In this document: positions 16,933 to 24,885 of the stretch, piece after piece
Layout of the letters: every line of letters starts with the position of its first letter
How positions within the stretch are numbered: position 1 is the first letter of the stretch
Origin: a virus
Lineage: Duplodnaviria; Caudoviricetes
Length of the DNA stretch: 27,251 nucleotides
Direction: 5' to 3' (one strand)
IMG/VR virus record: IMGVR_UViG_3300020042_001735
Location: 1-27,251 of that record
The notes under the pieces: generated by a model
Database searches by the model: none
The model's input: only the letters and a program-made list of their open reading frames with translations
Told to the model about the DNA's origin: nothing
Program-made: the position numbers and the translations under genes

Positions 16933-19900
16933 ATGGCGAACGTATTTGACCAGTTTGACACCAAACAAAAAGCTGGCAATCCGTTTGACCGGTTTGATCA
17001 AACACAACAGCCGCTAATAGCAAACCCGTTCGCGGATCAAAAAGCTGCCGAACCTCCAGTAGAACAATCTAATCTGTTGGAGTTTCCTAAAGGGATTGTA
17101 CGTGGGGGGATTAACCTACAAAGTATTCCTGCTAAGCTACAGCAACGGTACTACGCGCTCGGCATGGAGGTTCCAGATACAGCCCTCAATGCGTTTGACA
17201 AGATTGATGCCGGGGAACTTAAATCTAAGAAAGAAATTAATAATTTTCTTGGGGTAAAGAGAGATATTACCGAGGACATAACAGGCGCACTGGGGTTAGA
17301 AAAAGGAAGAAAAGACCCCGGAGAAGTTTTACGTTCTATTGGTCTAGCACAAAATTATCTAAATGCCTCCCCAGAAGACCGTAAGAAATTACGTGACGAA
17401 ACGCAAGCCGAGCTGCAAGAAAAGTCTAAGGGTTTTGACGAAGCGGTTGCTTATAGCGAGAAAATTAAGAAGCGAGCAGAACCATATGCTCCTCGTCTAA
17501 AAGACTTTACTGATATAAGTAGGGAGTCTCCGGGTGCGTTTATTGGTGACGCGGCTTCGTACTTTGGAAGTAAACTGGGTGAGGCCATACCGCAAATGGT
17601 GCCAGTTATTGCTTCAGGCGTGGTTGCAAAAAAGCCGGGCTTGATTGGGACTAGTATCGGCATGGAGCTTGGCCCTGCTACACAAGACCGAGTTGACTAC
17701 ATCACTAAGCAAGTACAGAACGAGCCTGATCCAGAAAAACGCGCCGCTGCTATTGCTCAATATGTTCGTGATACAAAAGATGTTACGCTGACTGCGGCTA
17801 CGGTAAGCGGACTATTCGACGCTGTTATCGGCCCTGAAGCCGATATTGCTAAACGCATGTTGTCTGGGGAACTACGGCAACAAACCCGCAAAGAAATTTT
17901 AAAGGCTATTCCAAAAGTTGCGGCAAAGAGTGGCGCCCAAGAATTCTTAACTGGTGGTTTGCAAGAGACCGTGATGATTAATGCCGAGCGTATGCTTGGC
18001 GAACAAACCGGCGATGCGTTAACTAAAGAAAACATCATACGTGTCGTTGACTCTGCGTTGTCGGAAGCTATCGGCGGTCTTGGTATGTCCACCACAATTG
18101 AAGGTGCGCGGGCGCTAGGAGCTAAAAAGAATATTGCCGAAACGAATACTCGTGAAGGTCAAGCAATCCGTGATCTTGATGCACTTGCAGATAGAGAAGA
18201 ACAAGGTGCCGGTGCCGCCGAAACCACAACTAAAAAATCTAGAGCCGCTAAAACTACAAAGGCTGCGCCACCACCACCACAACTACGTTCGTTGGACAAC
18301 TTAACTGAAGAAGAAGTAAGTGTTATCCAGCGTCAGTTGTATGCAGAGCTTGGTAGACCTGCAAATGAACAAGAACTTCGGAAGGCTTTCGATGACTACA
18401 TTGTGGAGCAAAACGCGGGTAATACAACTGAGTCCGGAACAGATAGAACTGGCTTTTCGGGTGTTGGCTTTGGATTCGAGGACACAGGGGTTTCTGATAC
18501 CGGAACCACTACAACATCTACTTCTGGAGGATTGGATGGAACTAGCGAGGCTACTACAGTCTCTGGAATACCAAAAAGAAATGAGTCAGCTTCATTAGAA
18601 GAACAAGAAGACGCCGCGTACGATTCGCTTTTGCAAGCGCAGCAGCTACAAGATGATGTAATGGAAGAAGGTGGCGTTGCATGGACAGAATACCAAGCCG
18701 CCGAAAAAAGATTTAATTCGCTTACTGAAAATACTCCAGAAGAAGAGCAGGTAGCTGCAAACCAAGCATTTGAAGAAGCAAAGCAAAAATTAGATGGGAT
18801 AGGAGTTAGACTTAGAGAATCTATATATAAAGTAGAAGAAGCAACGCAAATATTTAATGATTTAAACGCGCTCCTAAAAGAAGCTAGGACGAATGCAACG
18901 CCAACCGCAGAAGAAGTAGTAAATGAAGAAGAAGTAAAAAGCGGCGTAGACATAGCCGCGCTCGAACAAGAAGAACTTGCTCGACACGATGCAGTAAGAA
19001 ATATTGTAGAACAACAAAAAGCGCTTCTGACTAAGGCTGGTCGCATCCCAGCAAAAAATTCCCCTGCCCGTAAAAAGTATGAAGAGCTAGAACAGCAGCG
19101 CATAGAAGCGCACTGGGATTGGGTTGCGTCTGAGAAAAAATTGATGGACGCTAAAGCCGCCGAAACAAAAACACAAGAAGATGCGGAGTTAGCAAATAAC
19201 CCTGAAGTAGCTGCTGCTATACAAGAAGTCGAAGCCGCAAATAATGCGTACTTTTCGGCAAAGTCTGATGAAGAAAGAAATACGTTAGCGCAAAGGAGAC
19301 GGGAAGCGTATGCTAAGTTGGGGCAAGCCAAACTTAAAGCTAAAGGGGTTTTAGAGTCGGTTGATACCGAAGATACTTCTGCTGATACACAGGATAAAGA
19401 CGTACTACCTAATCTTGCGCGTCGTTTATCGCAGATAGATACTTCTCTTGCGGACATGGTGCCGCAAAATCAAAACGGCATAAACCGAATTAACCAGTTG
19501 TGGAGAGACGGCGCAATAACGTATTTTGAGTACACCCGTGAGATGAATAAACTTACGGAGCGTCTTGCTGAACAACGCGCAATGCGTAATGCTACTAGGT
19601 CTAATTTACCAAGAGAGCGTGGATTCGGTAGAGTTGTAAAAGCATTAGAAGATGCAGCTAGACAAGGAAGAATTTCTCCACAGATGGCTGACATGGCAAT
19701 CTGGTTCCTTACGCAAAATCGTGCGATGGCTGCGAATTTAGCTATATCTATTGCCGAACCTACTGGTTCTAGGGGGGCTATAGCTGAGAGCGCTGACGGT
19801 ATATACCAACGAACACAACGCCTTATAAACCTGTTCCTAGTTCGTGATAAAAACGGTGTGTATAGGGAGATGGATGATCTTACAGCGGTGCATGAAATAC

Positions 19901-22900
19901 TGCATCATATGGAGAGGATGCTCCCTGACCATTTACGTAAGCTAATACGAAATGAATGGCGCGTAAGACTTGAGGTTACTACAAAAGAAGCAGAGCAAAA
20001 GCGCGATAAAGCTAACGCAGATATAGAAAAATACACTAAAGATTTAAACAGCTTTGACGTTCGTAAACGTAATGAAGCCCAAGATAGATTAAGACGGGCG
20101 CAAGATGAAGTTACACGCCAAGAAAATATATTAAATTACCTCCGTGTTGTTGCGGAAGCAAATGCTACACAAGATGGTAGCGCGTATACACGCGCATTAA
20201 ATATGATTGTAAAGGGGGAAGTACCCCGTGCGCTTTATGCGTTAATGAACCCTTCAGAATTTTGGGCGGTTACTGGCTCTAATATTATTGCCGGTAGGTA
20301 CGGCGCAGCCTACCAAAATAGATTCCGTAGGATCATTCAGTATTTAAGAGAACTTGTACAAAAAGTAAAAGAAGTTTTTGCTTTACCAAGTGATGATCCT
20401 ATTATCCGTGGAATAAACGCCGTGTTGCGTGGGGATGGTACGTTTGTAAGCCGTGAAATGTTGATGGACGGTGAGAACATAGTGTTCCCGAATATAAACC
20501 CAAGCAAGGGCTGGACTACGGCTGAAACCGAAATTAGTCCAGAAGAGAAAAGACTGCAAGAACAGTTTAATAAAACCGGAGACTTACATCCTTCCGTGGT
20601 AGAAGCTATAAAGAATAACGACCTAAACGGCGCGTTAAAAATACTTTCGGAGAATATGACTGGGTTCTATGGTGAGCTAGCCACAAAACTTTTGTCTCTC
20701 AACCTGCAAACTACTATTAGTTTTGATAATACTGAACAAGTTGCGCAGCAAGTAATTAACAAACTTGTAGGGCCGCAAATTAGTCGCATCATGAGTTATT
20801 TAGAAGTTGCCCAACCTAAAATATATGCGCAGTATTTTTATGATTACCGTAACCCTGAAAATATAAATAAAGTAGCTTCTGGATTAAACACGCTTATGTT
20901 TTCAGTCCTTGCGGGTAAATACGCAACTGTAGTAACAGGACTTGGCCCAATTGCAAATGAAATTAGAGATGCTGCTACCGTATATAGGCAGATGTATAAC
21001 GCTAAATATATGCCGGGCGCGTATTTTAATACACTTAATACTATTACCTTAGATAGTAAAAGGATACGTGGGCTTGGTAATCGGATACTTTTACATGAAG
21101 TAATTCATGCGGCTACAGTTTCATTACTAAAAGCAGACTCGTCTCAACTTACCCCTGAGCAACTTGCTGCGCGAGAAGAACTTATAAAACTTTTTCAAAT
21201 TGCTAAAGACAACATAAAAATTAAACACTACGGGTTTACTAATATAAAAGAATTTGTTGCCGAACTATTTACTAATGAAGAATTTTATAAAGACTTAAAA
21301 AAGATTCCATACCCAGCGGCAAAAAATTACGCTGCCGAATCTGGTATGTTGTCTAAATTTATTAACGCTATCTTCAAACTAGTCGGCTTTAACAATCTTG
21401 CTAGTCGTGCAATGACGGAAGCCGAGAAGTTATTTACTGCCACTCGATACCAAGAAACTAAACCTTCAGGCCCAGACTTTGCTCAAGGTAAGAAACGAGG
21501 TAAGCGGGTACGTGGGCCTATAACTACCCCTAGCACTTATCGAGATGCAGAGAGCCAACAAGGTTCAATTTTGCAGACTATGAAAGATGCATACGAAGGT
21601 CGTATGGAGTGGAAAGATGCTATAAAAATTATTGGCCCTGCTCTATGGGACTCTAAAAATACTTTAATGAGGCAAGTAACTCTCCCGGTGCTTAACCTAA
21701 CTCATCTTGAGGATTTGACTCGTACAAAGTTTACGCAACTTACTGGCGCCCTTACAATCATTCGAGACATGGTTGCGTATCGCGCTAAGAAATTAAACGT
21801 TGCTTCGCAGATTACCGCCGACTGGGTTAGGTTACAGAATAAGAATTTTGCGCAATCTCAGTTGATGGGTCGCATCATGATGGAAGCCACTATACGTGGT
21901 ATTGACCCAGATACCGCGCAGCCCGGTGCGTTAAACGCCGAACTGCTAAAAGCTTGGAATACTCTTAAACCTGAGTACAAAGATATTTATAGACGCGTTC
22001 GTAACTTCTATTCTGATTCTGTCAATCGGATGGTTCGGGAGATGAAACGTAGGGCATCGGCTATACAAGACCCTGTGGCGCGTGCAGAAAAAATACGCCA
22101 GATTGACGCTCAGTTCGGCCCAGATAAATTAGTCAAGCCCTATTTCCCTCTACGTCGTTTTGGTCAACACTGGTTCCAAGTGGGTAAAGGCGAGTTCAAA
22201 GAGTTTTACGAATTTGAAAGCCCAATAGCGCGAGACATCGCCATGAAAAAACGCATCCGGGAGTTATCGGGTGGGAATGAAAAGCAAAAAGCTTTGGTTA
22301 AAACGGTGCGTAAAGGTAATGGAATCTCAGAACTTTATGGTAAAAACATAGGTACTACTCAGGTACTAAAAGATGTTAATGAGTTAGTACAGAACATTTC
22401 GACTACAGATGTAACTGACCTAAAAAACCAGTTAGAAGATAGCCTGAATCAGCTTATCTATATATTGCTACCTCAGCAAAGTATGCGGAAGATGTTTATC
22501 AACCGTAAAGCAATTCAAGGTGCTAGTTCAGACATGCTTCGCGTATTTGCTACCACTGCGGTGCATAGTGCGTATCAGCAGTCTCGGTTTATGTACGCAG
22601 AGAAATTCTTACAGAACTTAAACAACGCACGAAGCGAAATCGACGGTGCTGAAACGGCTGGTATGTTGAATGCCGACCAAGCAGCCATGCATAGAGACTT
22701 TATTAACGAAGTAGAGAAACGTGTTCCTACTATTATGAGTAATGAGGATACAAGCCTTGTTGCGCAGGTAGCAGGTAAAGCCTCAGAGATCACGTTCTAC
22801 TATATGTTATCGGCTCCATTTACAGCAATACTTAATACAATCGGCGCGGTGCAGTTGGCTATGCCGTATATCGGTGGGTCTTATGGGTACCTTAAAGCAA

Positions 22901-24603
22901 ACACACTACTTGTTAAAAATTTAGGTAAGTATCTTGGGACTGTGCCGAAACGAGTATTTAGTCCTATTAAAAATGGCACAATTGTAGGAGTAAGTTTCCC
23001 TTCTATTGTAGAAGGTGCAAACCTTTCGCCTTTGTTACGTCGTGCGGCAGATCGGTTTATTGATAACGGGCAGATTGATATATCAATAACTAACGACATT
23101 ATGAATTTAGGAGATCGTCCGTCAGCGCTTTATACCGGCATAGGGGCTACGGTTAAGAAAACAATCTCTGGTTTGTTCCATCAATCTGAACGTATGAATC
23201 GTGAGATTATTTTGATGACTACGTTTGAGCTAGCGTACGATAAATTTTTAAACGATTACCAACGTCAACCGGGCATGGAAGGACTTCGCGGAGTTTACTT
23301 GCGAGATGCTCAAGGTAATAAAATAAAAAATACTCCAGCCCAAGCATTTGAGCTTGCTATTGAAGATGCTACTCGGGTAGCCGCCTTAACGTTAGGTGAC
23401 TTCTCTCGGCAGATGAAAGGTCGCGTTTTTGCAAACCCAGCCGGTATGGTGCTTTTGAAATTTAAACAGTATCCAATTTTGGCGATGTACGCTCTTGCAC
23501 GTAATTTAGATTATGCAGTCAGACCCTACGATAAAGAGGAGCTTGCCCAATACAGGAGCATGTTGGAGGAAGAACTTAAAAACGCTACCGACAAAGACCA
23601 AATTATTGAACAACGGATGGAAGAAGTTCAAGCGCAGCAAAAAGCTCTAGGTAAAGAAGCGCGTCGTCGGCTTGCGGGTATTCTTGGTATGACTGCTGTT
23701 CTAGGCGGTCAAGCTGCAATGCCATACTTCTCTTTGGTTATTGGCACGTTAGTTAAGATGTTTGCCGGTGACGACGAAGATGATTACTTCGATTGGGAAA
23801 ACTGGTTCTATAATTATATGGAAACAGAGTTCGGTGGATATCTTGGAGCGATGCTTGCTAACGCAGGAGTAAAGCCAGAAACCGCAGAAAAAGTTGGGCG
23901 TACTACTGGAGAGATTGTTTCCCGTGGCGTACCCGCTGCTATGGGCATGGCGCTATCAGATCGTATTAGCTTAGACCCTAAAGCCCTACTATGGAGAGAT
24001 GGTCGCTATTCCCCAGATGCCCGTGAGAGCTTTATTGAGTCCGTCATTGCTAACTCTGGCCCTGTTGTTGGTCTTGGTATGAAAGGTATAGATGCATATC
24101 AACTAGCAAAAGAAGGTCAGTATGAACGTGCCGCCGAAGCTGCGCTTCCAGCAATTGTATCCAAACCACTATCCGCTGTTAGGATGAGTAAAGAAGGCGC
24201 AAGAACTAAGGGTGGGGACGTAATACTAGATGACTTCACTGCTACAGAATTAGCTATGCAAGCTATCGGCCTTCAGCCTGAACGGTTAGCGCAGAAACAA
24301 AAAGCTGCTATTGCAATGAAACAGAAAGAACAAAAGATTCTGGACGAGCGCAGCGCAATTATGAATAGGCTGTGGCTGGAACGAGATAATGATGATGGGT
24401 TCGATACGGCGCTTGAACGCGCAAGTGAATTTAGTATAAAACACCCCGGCCCCGGTACAGCTATTACGATAAAAAATATTAAAGAGTCTTTCAAGAAGAG
24501 AGCTACCCGTGCGGCTGAAGCAGAAGCCTTCGGTGCCGACATTGATAAGAGATTACGTGGGGAGCTATCGGGTATGGGTGGATTTGCTGAAGATGAAAAT
24601 TAA
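16933..24603 (+). CDS. Giant polyvalent internal virion protein (2 zincin-like metallopeptidase motifs, PLxRFG motif)
   Basis: 2556-aa ORF. HEILH (19891-19905) has a downstream SEFWA, and HEVIH (21094-21108) has a downstream KEFVAE. YFPLRRFG lies at about 22141-22164. There are N-terminal NPF/NVF repeats. Confidence 0.8.
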   Translation: MANVFDQFDTKQKAGNPFDRFDQTQQPLIANPFADQKAAEPPVEQSNLLEFPKGIVRGGINLQSIPAKLQQRYYALGMEVPDTALNAFDKIDAGELKSKKEINNFLGVKRDITEDITGALGLEKGRKDPGEVLRSIGLAQNYLNASPEDRKKLRDETQAELQEKSKGFDEAVAYSEKIKKRAEPYAPRLKDFTDISRESPGAFIGDAASYFGSKLGEAIPQMVPVIASGVVAKKPGLIGTSIGMELGPATQDRVDYITKQVQNEPDPEKRAAAIAQYVRDTKDVTLTAATVSGLFDAVIGPEADIAKRMLSGELRQQTRKEILKAIPKVAAKSGAQEFLTGGLQETVMINAERMLGEQTGDALTKENIIRVVDSALSEAIGGLGMSTTIEGARALGAKKNIAETNTREGQAIRDLDALADREEQGAGAAETTTKKSRAAKTTKAAPPPPQLRSLDNLTEEEVSVIQRQLYAELGRPANEQELRKAFDDYIVEQNAGNTTESGTDRTGFSGVGFGFEDTGVSDTGTTTTSTSGGLDGTSEATTVSGIPKRNESASLEEQEDAAYDSLLQAQQLQDDVMEEGGVAWTEYQAAEKRFNSLTENTPEEEQVAANQAFEEAKQKLDGIGVRLRESIYKVEEATQIFNDLNALLKEARTNATPTAEEVVNEEEVKSGVDIAALEQEELARHDAVRNIVEQQKALLTKAGRIPAKNSPARKKYEELEQQRIEAHWDWVASEKKLMDAKAAETKTQEDAELANNPEVAAAIQEVEAANNAYFSAKSDEERNTLAQRRREAYAKLGQAKLKAKGVLESVDTEDTSADTQDKDVLPNLARRLSQIDTSLADMVPQNQNGINRINQLWRDGAITYFEYTREMNKLTERLAEQRAMRNATRSNLPRERGFGRVVKALEDAARQGRISPQMADMAIWFLTQNRAMAANLAISIAEPTGSRGAIAESADGIYQRTQRLINLFLVRDKNGVYREMDDLTAVHEILHHMERMLPDHLRKLIRNEWRVRLEVTTKEAEQKRDKANADIEKYTKDLNSFDVRKRNEAQDRLRRAQDEVTRQENILNYLRVVAEANATQDGSAYTRALNMIVKGEVPRALYALMNPSEFWAVTGSNIIAGRYGAAYQNRFRRIIQYLRELVQKVKEVFALPSDDPIIRGINAVLRGDGTFVSREMLMDGENIVFPNINPSKGWTTAETEISPEEKRLQEQFNKTGDLHPSVVEAIKNNDLNGALKILSENMTGFYGELATKLLSLNLQTTISFDNTEQVAQQVINKLVGPQISRIMSYLEVAQPKIYAQYFYDYRNPENINKVASGLNTLMFSVLAGKYATVVTGLGPIANEIRDAATVYRQMYNAKYMPGAYFNTLNTITLDSKRIRGLGNRILLHEVIHAATVSLLKADSSQLTPEQLAAREELIKLFQIAKDNIKIKHYGFTNIKEFVAELFTNEEFYKDLKKIPYPAAKNYAAESGMLSKFINAIFKLVGFNNLASRAMTEAEKLFTATRYQETKPSGPDFAQGKKRGKRVRGPITTPSTYRDAESQQGSILQTMKDAYEGRMEWKDAIKIIGPALWDSKNTLMRQVTLPVLNLTHLEDLTRTKFTQLTGALTIIRDMVAYRAKKLNVASQITADWVRLQNKNFAQSQLMGRIMMEATIRGIDPDTAQPGALNAELLKAWNTLKPEYKDIYRRVRNFYSDSVNRMVREMKRRASAIQDPVARAEKIRQIDAQFGPDKLVKPYFPLRRFGQHWFQVGKGEFKEFYEFESPIARDIAMKKRIRELSGGNEKQKALVKTVRKGNGISELYGKNIGTTQVLKDVNELVQNISTTDVTDLKNQLEDSLNQLIYILLPQQSMRKMFINRKAIQGASSDMLRVFATTAVHSAYQQSRFMYAEKFLQNLNNARSEIDGAETAGMLNADQAAMHRDFINEVEKRVPTIMSNEDTSLVAQVAGKASEITFYYMLSAPFTAILNTIGAVQLAMPYIGGSYGYLKANTLLVKNLGKYLGTVPKRVFSPIKNGTIVGVSFPSIVEGANLSPLLRRAADRFIDNGQIDISITNDIMNLGDRPSALYTGIGATVKKTISGLFHQSERMNREIILMTTFELAYDKFLNDYQRQPGMEGLRGVYLRDAQGNKIKNTPAQAFELAIEDATRVAALTLGDFSRQMKGRVFANPAGMVLLKFKQYPILAMYALARNLDYAVRPYDKEELAQYRSMLEEELKNATDKDQIIEQRMEEVQAQQKALGKEARRRLAGILGMTAVLGGQAAMPYFSLVIGTLVKMFAGDDEDDYFDWENWFYNYMETEFGGYLGAMLANAGVKPETAEKVGRTTGEIVSRGVPAAMGMALSDRISLDPKALLWRDGRYSPDARESFIESVIANSGPVVGLGMKGIDAYQLAKEGQYERAAEAALPAIVSKPLSAVRMSKEGARTKGGDVILDDFTATELAMQAIGLQPERLAQKQKAAIAMKQKEQKILDERSAIMNRLWLERDNDDGFDTALERASEFSIKHPGPGTAITIKNIKESFKKRATRAAEAEAFGADIDKRLRGELSGMGGFAEDEN

Positions 24604-24638
24604 AAAAGACCCCCGGCGAAGAGGAGGGATGCCGGGGG
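24602..24638 (-). terminator. Rho-independent terminator for the - strand replication transcript
   Basis: Perfect 8-bp GC stem CCCCCGGC (24610-24617) / GCCGGGGG (24631-24638) with a 13-nt loop, followed on the - strand by TCTTTTTT. It lies between convergent genes. Confidence 0.75.
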
Positions 24639-24690
24639 CGGGTACCGCAAGGAGAAACAACATGAAGGTGTTGCGGTTCCAATCATACCC

Positions 24691-24885
24691 CTAAACTCTC
24701 CATGTGCGCAAGCCTCGGATACCATCTTCAATAACAACTTTAAAAACTACTTTAAATCCAAGACGGCGAGTAGTTTTTCTAATAGCATCTCTGGCTTGCT
24801 GCGCGTGTATGCAAGGGGTAAAGAAGGACGCCCCGATCGGGAAATCCCTCCAATTAATGTTGTAACTAATCCCATCAATTACCAT
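24691..24885 (-). CDS. Small basic hypothetical protein (possibly nucleic-acid binding)
   Basis: 64 aa, overlapping the primase/helicase stop by 11 nt. Pattern W..FPIGASFFTPC ... GLRTWRV. Confidence 0.7.
   Translation of the reverse strand: MVIDGISYNINWRDFPIGASFFTPCIHAQQARDAIRKTTRRLGFKVVFKVVIEDGIRGLRTWRV

Noticed and set aside
18396-19457. 353-aa antisense ORF inside the giant gene
   Set aside because: It is a Ser/Ala/Phe-rich mirror of the Glu/Ala/Lys-rich sense frame, with no motif or RBS. This is a codon-bias shadow.
24509-24694. 61-aa + strand ORF spanning the terminator
   Set aside because: It overlaps the giant gene end and runs through the GC hairpin with no RBS. Only the last 10 codons have an SD (reported separately).
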